Shown here: positions 28,601-43,486 of the stretch, one piece after another
Position numbering within the stretch: position 1 is the first letter of the stretch
Layout: each line of letters begins with the position of its first letter
NCBI GenBank assembly: GCA_964016885.1
Contig: OZ024742.1
Coordinates: forward strand, 376,340,001 to 376,404,000
Length of the DNA: 64,000 bases
Direction: 5' to 3'
Origin: Eledone cirrhosa
Taxonomy: Eukaryota
Program-made: the position numbers and the translations under genes
Notes under the pieces: model-generated
Databases searched by the model: none
What the model was told of the DNA's origin: nothing
The model's input: only the letters and a program-made list of their open reading frames with translations

Positions 28601-31600
28601 TAGTATAGAGTAATGTAAATGTTATGTGAGATAAAGCCTTTACAGTGAAAATACAATAGTATAGAGAAATGTAAATGTTATGTGTAATATTATGTGAGAT
28701 AAAGCCTTTACAGTGAAAATACAATAGTATAGAGTAATGTAAATGTTATGTGTAATATTATGTGAGATAAAGCCTTTTCAGTGAAAATACAATAGTATAG
28801 AGTAATGTAAATGTTATGTGAGATAAAACCTTTACAGTGAAAATACAATAGTATAGAGTAATGTAAATGTTATTTGTAATATTATGTGAAATAAAGCCTT
28901 TTCAGTGAAAATACAATAGTATAGAGTAATGTAAATGTTACGTGAGATAAAGCCTTTACAGTGAAAATACAATAGTATAGAGTAATGTAAATGCTATGTG
29001 AGATAAAGCCTTTACAGTGAAAATACAATAGTATAGAGTAATGTAAATGTTACGTGAGATAAAGCCTTTACAGTGAAAATACAATAGTATAGAGTAATGT
29101 AAATGTTATGTGAGATAAAGCCTTTACAGTAAAAATACAATAGTATAGAGTAATGTAAATGTTATGTGAGATAAAGCCTTTACAGTGAAAATACAATAGT
29201 ATAGAGTAATGTAAATGCTATGTGAGATAAAGCCTTTACAGTGAAAATACAATAGTATAGAGTAATGTAAATGTTACGTGAGATAAAGCCTTTACAGTGA
29301 AAATACAATAGTATAGAGTAATGTAAATGCTATGTGAGATAAAGCCTTTACAGTGAAAATACAATAGTATAGAGTAATGTAAATGCTATGTGAGATAAAG
29401 CCTTTACAGTGAAAATACAATAGTATAGAGTAATGTAAATGCAATGTGAGATAAAGCCTTTACAGTGAAAATACAATAGTATAGAGTAATGTAAATGCTA
29501 TGTGAGATAAAGCCTTTACAGTGAAAATAAAATAGCATAGAGTAATGTAAATGCTATGTGAGATAAAGCCTTTACAGTGAAAATACAATAGTATAGAGTA
29601 ATGTAAATGCTATGTGAGATAAAGCCTTTACAGTGAAAATACAATAGTATAGAGTAATGTAAATGTTATGTGAGATAAAGCCTTTACAGTGAAAATACAA
29701 TAGTGTAGAGTAATGTAAATGTTATGTGAGATAAAGCCTTTACAGTGAAAGTACAATAGTGTAGAGTAATGTAAATGCTATGTGAGATAAAGCCTTTACA
29801 GTGAAAATACAATAGTATAGAGTAATGTAAATGCTATGTGAGATAAAGCCTTTACAGTGAAAATACAATAGTATAGAGTAATGTAAATGTTATGTGAGAT
29901 AAAGCCTTTACAGTGAAAATACAATAGTATAGAGTAATGTAAATGCTATGTGTAATAATATGTGAGATAAAGTCTTTACAGTGAAAATATAATAGTATAG
30001 AGTAATGTAAATGCTAGGTGTAATATTATGTGAGATAAAGCCTTTACAGTGAAAATACAATAGTATAGAGTAATGTAAATGGTATGTGAGATAAAGCCTT
30101 TAAAATGAAAATACAATAGTATAGAGTAATGTAAATGATATGTGAGATAAAGCCTTTACAGTGAAACTACAATAGTATAGAGTAATGTAAATGTTATGTG
30201 AGATAAAGCCTTTACATTGAAAATACAATAGTATAGAGTAATGTAAATGCTATGTGAGATAAAGCCTTTACAGTGAAAATACAATAGTATAGAGTAATGT
30301 AAATGTTATGTGAGATAAAGCCTTTACAGTGAAAATACAATAGTATAGAGTAATGTAAATGCTATGTGAGATAAAGCCTTTACAGTGAAAATACAATAGT
30401 ATAGAGTAATGTAAATGTTATGTGAGATAAAGCCTTTACAGTGAAAATACAATAGTATAGAGTAATGTAAATGCTATGTGAGATAAAGCCTTTACAGTGA
30501 AAATACAATAGTATAGAGTAATGTTAATGTTATGTGAGATAAAGCCTTTTCGGTGAAAATACAATAGTATAGAGTAATGTAAATGTTATGTGAGATAAAA
30601 CCTTTACAGTGAAAATACAATAGTATAGAGCAATGTAAATGTTATGTGTAATATTATGTGAGATAAAGCCTTTACAGTGAAAATACAATAGTATAGAGTA
30701 ATGTAAATGTTATGTGAGATAAAGCCTTTACAGTGAAAATACAATAGTATAGAGTAATGTAAATGCAATGTGAGATAAAGCCTTTACAGTGAAAATACAA
30801 TAGTATAGAGTAATGTAAATGCTATGTGAGATAAAGCCTTTACAGTGAAAATAAAATAGTATAGAGTAATGTAAATGCTATGTGAGATAAAGCCTTTACA
30901 GTGAAAATACAATAGTATAGAGTAATGTAAATGCTATGTGAGATAAAGCCTTTACAGTGAAAATACAATAGTATAGAGTAATGTAAATGTTATGTGAGAT
31001 AAAGCCTTTACAGTGAAAATACAATAGTGTAGAGTAATGTAAATGTTATGCGAGATAAAGCCTTTACAGTGAAAATACAATAGTGTAGAGTAATGTAAAT
31101 GCTATGTGAGATAAAGCCTTTACAGTGAAAATACAATAGTATAGAGTAATGTAAATGCTATGTGAGATAAAGCCTTTACAGTGAAAATACAATAGTATAG
31201 AGTAATGTAAATGTTATGTGAGATAAAGCCTTTACAGTGAAAATACAATAGTGTAGAGTAATGTAAATGCTATTTGTAATATTATGTGAGATAAAGCCTT
31301 TACAGTGAAAATACAATAGTATAGAGTAATGTAAATGCTATGTGTAATATTATGTGAGATAAAGCCTTTACAGTGAAAATACAATAGTATAGAGTAATGT
31401 AAATGCTATGTCAGATAAAGCCTTTACAGTGAAAATACAATAGTATAGAGTAATGTAAATGTTATGTGAGATAAAGCCTTTACAGTGAAAATACAATAGT
31501 ATAGAGTAATGTAAATGCTATGTGTAATATTATGTGAGATAAAGCCTTTACAGTGAAAATATAATAGTATAGAGTAATGTAAATGCTAGGTGTAATATTA

Positions 31601-34600
31601 TGTGAGATAAAGCCTTTACAGTGAAAATACAATAGTATAGAGTAATGTAAATGGTATGTGAGATAAAGCCTTTAAAGTGAAAATACAATAGTATAGAGTA
31701 ATGTAAATGATATGTGAGATAAAGCCTTTACAGTGAAAATACAATAGTATAGAGTAATGTAAATGTTATGTGAGATAAAGCCTTTACAGTGAAAATACAA
31801 TAGTATAGATTAATGTAAATGTTATGTGAGATAAAGCCTTTACAGTGAAGTTACAATAGTATAGAGTAATGTAAATGCTATGTGAGATAAAGCCTTTACA
31901 GTGAAAATACAATAGTTTAGAGTAATGTAAATGTTATGTGAGATAAAGCCTTTAGAGTGAAAATACAATAGTATAGAGTAATGTAAATGCGATGTGAGAT
32001 AAAGCCTTTACAGTGAAAATACAATAGTATAGAGTAATGTAAATGTTATGTGAGATAAAGCCTTTACAGTGAAAATACAATAGTATAGAGTAATGTAAAT
32101 GCTATGTGTAATATTATGTGAGATAAAGCCTTTACAGTGAAAATATAATAGTATAGAGTAATGTAAATGCTAGGTGTAATATTATGTGAGATAAAGCCTT
32201 TACAGTGAAAATACAATAGTATAGAGTAATGTAAATGGTATGTGAGATAAAGCCTTTAAAGTGAAAATACAATAGTATAGAGTAATGTAAATGATATGTG
32301 AGATAAAGCCTTTACAGTGAAAATATAATAGTATAGAGTAATGTAAATGTTATGTGAGATAAAGCCTTTACAGTGAAAATACAATAGTATAGAGTAATGT
32401 AAATGTTATGTGAGATAAAGCCTTTACAGTGAAAATCCAATAGTGTAGAGTAATGTAAATGCTATGTGTAATATTATGTGAGATAAAGCCTTTACAGTGA
32501 AAATATAATAGTATAGAGTAATGTAAATGCTAGGTGTAATATTATGTGAGATAAAGCCTTTACAGTGAAAATACAATAGTATAGAGTAATGTAAATGTTA
32601 TGTGAGATAAAGCCTTTACAGTGAAAATACAATAGTATAGAGTAATGTAAGTGTTATGTGAGATAAAGCCTTTACAGTGAAAATGCAATAGTATAGAGTA
32701 ATGTAAATGCTATGTGAGATAAAGCCTTTACAGTGAAAATACAATAGTATAGAGTAATGTAAATGCTATGTGAGATAAAGCCTTTACAGTGAAAATACAA
32801 TAGTATAGAGTAATGTAAATGTTATGTGAGATAAAGCCTTTACAGTGAAAATACAATAGTATAGAGTAATGTAAATGCTATGTGAGATAAAGCCTTTACA
32901 GTGAAAATACAATAGTATAGAGTAATGTAAATGCTATGTGAGATAAAGCCTTTACAGTGAAAATACAATAGTATAGAGTAATGTAAATGCTATGTGAGAT
33001 AAAGCCTTTACAGTGAAAATACAGTAGTATAGAGTAATGTAAATGTTATGTGAGATAAAGCCTTTACAGTGAAGATACAATAGTATAGAGTAATGTAAAT
33101 GTTATGTGGGATAAAGCCTTTACAGTGAAAATACAATAGTATAGAGTAACGTAAATGTTAGGTGAGATAAAGCCTTTACAGTGAAAATACAATAGTATAG
33201 AGTAATGTAAATGTTATGTGAGATAAAGCCTTTACCATGAAAATACAATAGTATAGAGTAATGTAAATGTTATGTGTAATATTATGTGAGATAAAGCCTT
33301 TACAGTGAAAGTACAATAGTATAGAGTAATGTAAATGTTATGTGAGATAAAGCTTTTACAGTGAAAATACAATAGTATAGAGTAATGTAAATGTTATGTG
33401 AGATAAAGCCTTTACAGTGAAAATACAATAGTATAGAGAAATGTAAATGTTATGTGTAATATTATGTGAGATAAAGCCTTTACAGTGAAAATACAATAGT
33501 ATAGAGTAATGTAAATGTTATGTGTAATATTATGTGAGATAAAGCCTTTTCAGTGAAAATACAATAGTATAGAGTAATGTAAATGTTATGTGAGATAAAA
33601 CCTTTACAGTGAAAATACAATAGTATAGAGTAATGTAAATGTTATTTGTAATATTATGTGAAATAAAGCCTTTTCAGTGAAAATACAATAGTATAGAGTA
33701 ATGTAAATGTTACGTGAGATAAAGCCTTTACAGTGAAAATACAATAGTATAGAGTAATGTAAATGCTATGTGAGATAAAGCCTTTACAGTGAAAATACAA
33801 TAGTATAGAGTAATGTAAATGTTACGTGAGATAAAGCCTTTACAGTGAAAATACAATAGTATAGAGTAATGTAAATGTTATGTGAGATAAAGCCTTTACA
33901 GTAAAAATACAATAGTATAGAGTAATGTAAATGTTATGTGAGATAAAGCCTTTACAGTGAAAATACAATAGTATAGAGTAATGTAAATGCTATGTGAGAT
34001 AAAGCCTTTACAGTGAAAATACAATAGTATAGAGTAATGTAAATGTTACGTGAGATAAAGCCTTTACAGTGAAAATACAATAGTATAGAGTAATGTAAAT
34101 GCTATGTGAGATAAAGCCTTTACAGTGAAAATACAATAGTATAGAGTAATGTAAATGCTATGTGAGATAAAGCCTTTACAGTGAAAATACAATAGTATAG
34201 AGTAATGTAAATGCAATGTGAGATAAAGCCTTTACAGTGAAAATACAATAGTATAGAGTAATGTAAATGCTATGTGAGATAAAGCCTTTACAGTGAAAAT
34301 AAAATAGCATAGAGTAATGTAAATGCTATGTGAGATAAAGCCTTTACAGTGAAAATACAATAGTATAGAGTAATGTAAATGCTATGTGAGATAAAGCCTT
34401 TACAGTGAAAATACAATAGTATAGAGTAATGTAAATGTTATGTGAGATAAAGCCTTTACAGTGAAAATACAATAGTGTAGAGTAATGTAAATGTTATGTG
34501 AGATAAAGCCTTTACAGTGAAAGTACAATAGTGTAGAGTAATGTAAATGCTATGTGAGATAAAGCCTTTACAGTGAAAATACAATAGTATAGAGTAATGT

Positions 34601-35245
34601 AAATGCTATGTGAGATAAAGCCTTTACAGTGAAAATACAATAGTATAGAGTAATGTAAATGTTATGTGAGATAAAGCCTTTACAGTGAAAATACAATAGT
34701 ATAGAGTAATGTAAATGCTATGTGTAATAATATGTGAGATAAAGTCTTTACAGTGAAAATATAATAGTATAGAGTAATGTAAATGCTAGGTGTAATATTA
34801 TGTGAGATAAAGCCTTTACAGTGAAAATACAATAGTATAGAGTAATGTAAATGGTATGTGAGATAAAGCCTTTAAAGTGAAAATACAATAGTATAGAGTA
34901 ATGTAAATGATATGTGAGATAAAGCCTTTACAGTGAAACTACAATAGTATAGAGTAATGTAAATGTTATGTGAGATAAAGCCTTTACATTGAAAATACAA
35001 TAGTATAGAGTAATGTAAATGCTATGTGAGATAAAGCCTTTACAGTGAAAATACAATAGTATAGAGTAATGTAAATGTTATGTGAGATAAAGCCTTTACA
35101 GTGAAAATACAATAGTATAGAGTAATGTAAATGCTATGTGAGATAAAGCCTTTACAGTGAAAATACAATAGTATAGAGTAATGTAAATGTTATGTGAGAT
35201 AAAGCCTTTACAGTGAAAATACAATAGTATAGAGTAATGTAAATG
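25647..35245 (+). repeat. Recent tandem duplication, 2 x 4772 bp (82 monomers: 67x56 + 15x68)
   Basis: Markers lie exactly 4772 apart: GTTAAT 25751/30523, AAGTTAC 27076/31848, CTTTTAC 28581/33353, and the A5 run after CAGT 29131/33903. I noticed only two differences by eye (near 30105 and 32651). Confidence 0.93.
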
Positions 35246-38200
35246 TTATGTGATATAAAGCCTTTACAGTGAAAATACAATAGTATAGAGTAATGTAAAT
35301 GCTATGTGAGATAAAGCCTTTACAGTGAAAATACAATAGTATAGAGTAATGTAAATGTTATGTGAGATAAAGCCTTTACAGTGAAAATACAATAGTATAG
35401 AGTAATGTAAATGCTATGTGAGATAAAGCCTTTACAGTGAAAATACAATAGTATAGAGTAATGTAAATGTTATGTGAGATAAAGCCTTTACAGTGAAAAT
35501 ACAATAGTATAGAGTAATGTAAATGTTATGTGAGATAAAGCCTTTACAGTGAAAATACAATAGTATAGAGTAATGTAAATGCTATGTGAGATAAAGCCTT
35601 TACAGTGAAAATACAATAGTATAGAGTAATGTAAATGTTATGTGAGATAAAGCCTTTACAGTGAAAATACAATAGTATAGAGTAATGTAAATGCTATGTG
35701 AGATAAAGCCTTTAACAGTGAAAATACAATAGTATAGAGTAATGTAAATGTTATGTGAGATAAAGCCTTTACAGTGAAAATACAATAGTATAGAGTAATG
35801 TAAGTGTTATGTGAGATAAAGCCTTTACAGTGAAAATACAATAGTATAGAGTAATGTAAATGTTATGTGAGATAAAGCCTTTACATTGAAGATACAATAG
35901 TATAGAGTAATGTAAATCTTAAGTGAGATAAAGCCTTTACAGTGAAAATACAATAGTATAGAGTAATGTAAATGTTATGTGAGATAAAGCCTTTACAGTG
36001 AAAATACAATAGTATAGAGTAATGTAAGTGTTATGTGAGATAAAGCCTTTACAGTGAAAATACAATAGTATAGAGTAATGTAAATGTTATGTGAGATAAA
36101 GCCTTTACAGTGAAAATACAATAGTATAGAGTAATGTAAATGTTATGTGAGATAAAGCCTTTAGAGTGAAAATACAATAGTATAGAGTAATGTAAATGTT
36201 ATGTGAGATAAAGCCTTTACAGTGAAAATACAATAGTATAGAGTAATGTAAATGCTATGTGTAATATTATGTGAGATAAAGCCTTTACAGTGAAAATATA
36301 ATAGTATAGAGTAATGTAAATGCTAGGTGTAATATTATGTGAGATAAAGCCTTTACAGTGAAAATAAAATAGTATAGAGTAATGTAAATGTTATGTGAGA
36401 TAAAGCCTTTACAGTGAAAATACAATAGTATAGAGTAATGTAAATGATATGTGAGATAAAGCCTTTACAGTGAAAATACAATAGTATAGAGTAATGTAAA
36501 TGTTATGTGTAATATTATGTGAGATAAAGCCTTTTCAGTGAAAATACAATAGTATAGAGTAATGTAAATGTTATGTGTAATATTATGTGAGGTAAAGCCT
36601 TAATAGTGAAAATACAATAGTATAGAGTAATGTAAATGTTATGTGAGATAAAGCCTTTACAGTCAAAATACAATAGTATAGAGTAATGTAAATGCTATGT
36701 GAGATAAAGCCTTTACAGTGAAAATACAATAGTATAGAGTAATGTAAATGTTATGTGAGATAAAGCCTTTACAGTGAAAATACAATAGTATAGAGTAATG
36801 TAAATGTTATGTGAGATAAAGCCTTTACAGTTAACATACAATAGTATAGAGTAATGTAAATGATATCTGAGATAAAGCCTTTACAGTGAAAATACAATAG
36901 TATAGAGCAATGTAAATGTTATGTGTAATATTATGTGAGATAAAGCCTTTTCAGTGAAAATACAATAGTATAGAATAATGTAAATGTTATGTGAGATAAA
37001 GCCTTTACAGTGAAAATACAATAGTATAGAGTAATGTAAATGTTATATGTAATATTATGTGAGATAAAGCCTTTACAGCGAAAATACAATAGTATAGAGT
37101 AATGTAAATTTTATGTGTAATATTATGTGAGATAAAGCCTTTACAGTGAAAATACAATAGTATAGAGTAATGTAAATGTCATGTGAGATAAAGCCTTTAC
37201 AGTGAAAATACAATAGTATAGAGTAATATAAATGCTATGTGTAATATTATCTGAGATAAAGCCTTTACAGTGAAAATACAATAGTATAGAGTAATGTAAA
37301 TGTTATGTGAGATAGAGCCTTTACAGTGAAAATACAATAGTATAGAATAATGTAAATGCTATGTGAGATAAAGCCTTTACAGTGAAAATACAATAGTATA
37401 GAGTAATGTAAATGTTATGTGAGATAAAGCCTTTACAGTGAAAATACAATAGTATAGAGTAATGTAAATGCTATGTGAGATAAAGCCTTTACAGTGAAAA
37501 TACAATAGTATAGAGTAATGTAAATGTTATGTGAGATAAAGCCTTTACAGTGAAAATACAATAGTATAGAGTAATGTAAATGTTATGTGAGATAAAGCCT
37601 TTACAGTGAAAATACAATTGTATAGAGTAACGTAAATGTTAGGTGAGATAAAGCCTTTACAGTGAAAATACAATTGTATAGAGTAATGTAAATGCTATGT
37701 GAGATAAAGCCTTTACAGTGAAAATACAATAGTATAGAGTAATGTAAATGCTATGTGAGATAAAGCCTTTACAGTGAAAATACAATAGTATAGAGTAATG
37801 TTAATGTTATGTGAGATAAAGCCTTTTCGGTGAAAATACAATAGTATAGAGTAATGTAAATGTTATGTGAGATAAAACCTTTACAGTGAAAATACAATAG
37901 TATAGAGCAATGTAAATGTTATGTGTAATATTATGTGAGATAAAGCCTTTACAGTGAAAATACAATAGTATAGAGTAATGTAAATGTTATGTGAGATAAA
38001 GCCTTTACAGTGAAAATACAATAGTATAGAGTAATGTAAATGTTATATGTAATATTATGTGAGATAAAGCCTTTACAGTGAAAATACAATAGTATAGAGT
38101 AATGTAAATGTTATGTGTAATATTATGTGAGATAAAGCCTTTACAGTGAAAATACAATAGTATAGAATAATGTAAATGCTATGTGTAATATTATGTGAGA

Positions 38201-38869
38201 TAAAGCCTCTACAGTGAAAATACAATAGTATAGAGTAATGTAAATGCTATGTGTAATATTATGTGAGATAAAGCCTTTACAGTGAAAATACAATAGTATG
38301 GAGTAATGTAAATGTTATGTGAGATACGGCCTTCACTGTGAAAATACAATAGTATAGAGTAATGTAAACGCTATGTGAGATAAAGCCTTTACAGTGAAAA
38401 TACAATCGTATAGAATAATGTAAATGCTATGTGAGATAAAGCCTTTACAGTGAAAATACAGTAGTATAGAGTAATGTATATGTTATGTGAGATAAAGCCT
38501 TTACAGTGAAAATACGATAGTATAGAGTAATGTAAATGTTATGTGAGATAAAGCCTTCACAGTGAAAATACAATAGTATAGAGTAATGTAAATGTTATGT
38601 GAGATAAAGCCTTTACAGTGAAAATACAATAGTATAGAGTAATGTAAATGCTATGTTAGATAAAGCCTTTACAGTGAAAATACAATAGTATAGAGTAATG
38701 TAAATGTTATGTGAGATAAAGCCTTTACAGTGAAAATACAATAGTATAGAGTAATGTAAATGTTATGTGAGATAAAGCCTTTACAGTGAAAATACAATAG
38801 TATAGAGTAATGTAAATGTTATGTGAGATAAAGCCTTTACAGTGAAAATACAATAGTATAGAGTAATGT

Positions 38870-41800
38870 AAATGTTATGTGAGATAAAGCCTTTACAGTG
38901 AAAATACAGTAGTATAGAGTAATGTAAATGTTATGTGAGATAAAGCCTTTACAGTGAAAATACAATAGTATAGAGTAATGTAAATGTTATGTGAGATAAA
39001 GCCTTTACAGTGAAAATACAATAGTATAGAGTAATGTAAATGTTATGTGAGATAAAGCCTTTACAGTGAAAATACAATAGTATAGAGTAATGTAAATGCA
39101 ATGTGAGATAAAGCTTTTACAGTGAAAATACAATAGTATAGAGTAATGTAAATGTTATGTGAGATAAAGCCTTTACAGTGAAAATACAATAGTATAGAGT
39201 AATGTAAATGTTATGTGAGATAAAGCCTTTACAGTTAAAATACAATAGTATATAGTAAAGTAAATGCTACGTGAGATAAAGCCTTTACAGTGAAAATACA
39301 ATAGTATAGAGTAATGTAAATGCGATGTGAGATAAAGCCTTTACAGTGAAAATACAATAGTATAGAGTAATGTAAATGTTATGTGAGATAAAGCCTTTAC
39401 AGTGAAAATACAATAGTATAGAGTAATGTAAATGCTATGTGAGATAAAGCCTTTACAGTGAAAATACAATAGTATAGAGTAATGTAAATTTTATGTGAGA
39501 TAAAGCCTTTACAGTGAAAATACAATAGTATAGAGTAATGTAAATGTTATGTGAGATAAAGCCTTTACAGTGAAAATACAATAGTATAGAGTAATGTAAA
39601 TGCTATGTGAGGTAAAGCCTTTACAGTGAAAATACAATAGTATAGAGTAATGTAAATGCTATGTGAGATAAAGCCTTTACAGTGAAAATACAATAGTATA
39701 GAGTAATGTAAATGTTATGTGAGATGAAGCCTTTACAGTGAAAATACAATAGTATAGAGCAATGTAAATGTTATGTGTAATATTATGTGAGATAAAGCCT
39801 TTTCAGTGAAAATACAATAGTATAGAGTAATGTAAATGTTATGTGAGATAAAGCCTTTACAGTGAAAATACAATAGTATAGAGTAATGTAAATGTTATAT
39901 GTAATATTATGTGAGATAAAGCACTTACAGTGAAAATACAATAGTATAGAGTAATGTAAATGTTATGTGTAATATTATGTGAGATAAAGCCTTTACAGTG
40001 AAAATACAATAGTATAGAGTAATGTGAATGTCATGTGAGATAAAGCCTTTACAGTGAAAATACAATAGTATGGAGTAATGTAAATGTTATGTGAGATAAA
40101 GCCTTCACTGTGAAAATACAATAGTATAGAGTAATGTAAACGCTATGTGAGATAAAGCCTTTACAGTGAAAATACAATCGTATAGAATAATGTAAATGTT
40201 ATGTGAGATAAAGCCTTTACAGTGAAAATACAATAGTATAGAGTAATGTAAATGCTATGTGAGATAAAGCCTTTACAGTGAAAATACAGTAGTATAGAGT
40301 AATGTATATGTTATGTGAGATAAAGCCTTTACAGTGAAAATACGATAGTATAGAGTAATGTAAATGCTATGTGAGATAAAGCCTTTACAGTGAAAATACA
40401 ATAGTATAGAGTAATGTAAATGTTATGTGAGATGAAGCCTTTACAGTGAAAATACAATAGTATAGAGCAATGTAAATGTTATGTGTAATATTATCTGAGA
40501 TAAAGCCTTTTCGGTGAAAATACAATAGTATAGAGTAATGTAAATGTTATGTGAGATAAAACCTTTACAGTGAAAATACAATAGTATAGAGTAATGTAAA
40601 TGTTATGTGAGATAAAGCCTTTACAGTGAAAATACAATAGTATAGAGTAATGTAAATGCTATGTGAGATAACGCCTTTACAGTGAAAATACAATAGTATA
40701 GAGTAATGTAAATGCTATGTGAGATAAAGCCTTTACAGTGAAAATACAATAGTATAGAGTAATGTAAATGTTATGTGAGATTAAGCCTTTACAGTGAAAA
40801 TACAATAGTATAGAGCAATGTAAATGTTATGTGTAATATTATGTGAGATAAAGCCTTTACAGTGAAAATACAGTAGTATAGAGTAATGTAAATGTTATGT
40901 GAGATAAAGCCTTTACAGTGAAAATACAATAGTATAGAGTAATGTAAATGTTATGTGAGATAAAGCCTTTACAGTGAAAATACAATAGTATAGAGTAATG
41001 TAAATGTTATGTGAGATAAAGCCTTTACAGTGAAAATACAATAGTATAGAGTAATGTAAATGCAATGTGAGATAAAGCTTTTACAGTGAAAATACAATAG
41101 TATAGAGTAATGTAAATGTTATGTGAGATAAAGCCTTTACAGTGAAAATACAATAGTATAGAGTAATGTAAATGTTATGTGAGATAAAGCCTTTACAGTT
41201 AAAATACAATAGTATATAGTAAAGTAAATGCTACGTGAGATAAAGCCTTTACAGTGAAAATACAATAGTATAGAGTAATGTAAATGCGATGTGAGATAAA
41301 GCCTTTACAGTGAAAATACAATAGTATAGAGTAATGTAAATGTTATGTGAGATAAAGCCTTTACAGTGAAAATACAATAGTATAGAGTAATGTAAATGCT
41401 ATGTGAGATAAAGCCTTTACAGTGAAAATACAATAGTATAGAGTAATGTAAATTTTATGTGAGATAAAGCCTTTACAGTGAAAATACAATAGTATAGAGT
41501 AATGTAAATGTTATGTGAGATAAAGCCTTTACAGTGAAAATACAATAGTATAGAGTAATGTAAATGCTATGTGAGGTAAAGCCTTTACAGTGAAAATACA
41601 ATAGTATAGAGTAATGTAAATGCTATGTGAGATAAAGCCTTTACAGTGAAAATACAATAGTATAGAGTAATGTAAATGTTATGTGAGATGAAGCCTTTAC
41701 AGTGAAAATACAATAGTATAGAGCAATGTAAATGTTATGTGTAATATTATGTGAGATAAAGCCTTTTCAGTGAAAATACAATAGTATAGAGTAATGTAAA

Positions 41801-42395
41801 TGTTATGTGAGATAAAGCCTTTACAGTGAAAATACAATAGTATAGAGTAATGTAAATGTTATATGTAATATTATGTGAGATAAAGCACTTACAGTGAAAA
41901 TACAATAGTATAGAGTAATGTAAATGTTATGTGTAATATTATGTGAGATAAAGCCTTTACAGTGAAAATACAATAGTATAGAGTAATGTGAATGTCATGT
42001 GAGATAAAGCCTTTACAGTGAAAATACAATAGTATGGAGTAATGTAAATGTTATGTGAGATAAAGCCTTCACTGTGAAAATACAATAGTATAGAGTAATG
42101 TAAACGCTATGTGAGATAAAGCCTTTACAGTGAAAATACAATCGTATAGAATAATGTAAATGTTATGTGAGATAAAGCCTTTACAGTGAAAATACAATAG
42201 TATAGAGTAATGTAAATGCTATGTGAGATAAAGCCTTTACAGTGAAAATACAGTAGTATAGAGTAATGTATATGTTATGTGAGATAAAGCCTTTACAGTG
42301 AAAATACGATAGTATAGAGTAATGTAAATGCTATGTGAGATAAAGCCTTTACAGTGAAAATACAATAGTATAGAGTAATGTAAATGTTATGTGAG
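38870..42395 (+). repeat. Direct duplication of ~1.55 kb, offset 1964 bp (29x56 + 5x68)
   Basis: AAAATACAGT 38901/40865, AAGCTTTT 39111/41075, AATGTGAATG 40021/41985 and TTCACTGTG 40104/42068. Confidence 0.88.
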
Positions 42396-43486
42396 ATAAA
42401 GCCTTTACAGTGAAAATACAATAGTATAGAGTAATGTAAATGTTATGTGAGATAAAGCCTTTACAGTGAAAATACAATAGTATAGAGCAATGTAAATGTT
42501 ATGTGAGATAACGCCTTTACAGTGAAAATACAATAGTATAGAGTAATGTAAATGCTATGTGAGATAACGCCTTTACAGTGAAAATACAATAGTATAGAGT
42601 AATGTAAATGCTATGTGAGATAAAGCCTTTACAGTGAAAATACAATAGTATAGAGTAATGTAAATGTTATGTGAGATTAAGCCTTTACAGTGAAAATACA
42701 ATAGTATAGAGCAATGTAAATGTTATGTGTAATATTATGTGAGATAAAGCCTTTTCAGTGAAAATACAATAGTATAGAGTAATGTAAATGTTATGTGAGA
42801 TAAAACCTTTACGGTGAAAATACAATAGTATAGAGTAATGTAAATGTTATGTGTAATATTTTGTGAGATAAAGCCTTTTCAGTGAAAATACAATAGTATA
42901 GAGTAATGTAAATGTTATGTGAGATAAAGCCTTTACAGTGAAAATACAATAGTATAGAGTAATGTAAATGTTATATGTAATATTATGTGAGATAAAGCCT
43001 TTACAGTGAAAATACAATAGTATAGAGTAATGTAAATGTTATGTGTAATATTATGTGAGATAAAGCCTTTACAGTGAAAATACAATAGTATAGAGTAATG
43101 TAAATGCTATGTGTAATATTATGTGAGATAAAGCCTCTACAGTGAAAATACAATAGTATAGAGTAATGTAAATGCTATGTGTAATATTATGTGAGATAAA
43201 GCCTTTACAGTGAAAATACAATAGTATGGAGTAATGTAAATGTTATGTGAGATAAAGCCTTCACTGTGAAAATACAATAGTATAGAGTAATGTAAACGCT
43301 ATGTGAGATAAAGCCTTTACAGTGAAAATACAATCGTATAGAATAATGTAAATGCTATGTGAGATAAAGCCTTTACAGTGAAAATACAGTAGTATAGAGT
43401 AATGTATATGTTATGTGAGATAAAGCCTTTACAGTGAAAATACGATAGTATAGAGTAATGTAAATGTTATGTGAGATAAAGCCTTC

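Larger units (their letters stand above)
3900..36870 (+). repeat. Array domain A (haplotype family marked by GCTAGG-68mer, TTTACCATG, GGTATG..TTTAAAG, ATAAAATAGCAT, GAAGTTAC)
   Basis: These markers recur in this interval (GCTAGG also once at ~2013, last at 36322; CCATG monomers at 4951, 7602, 15430, 21210, 28455, 33227) and were not seen after 37 kb. Boundaries are approximate. Confidence 0.8.
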
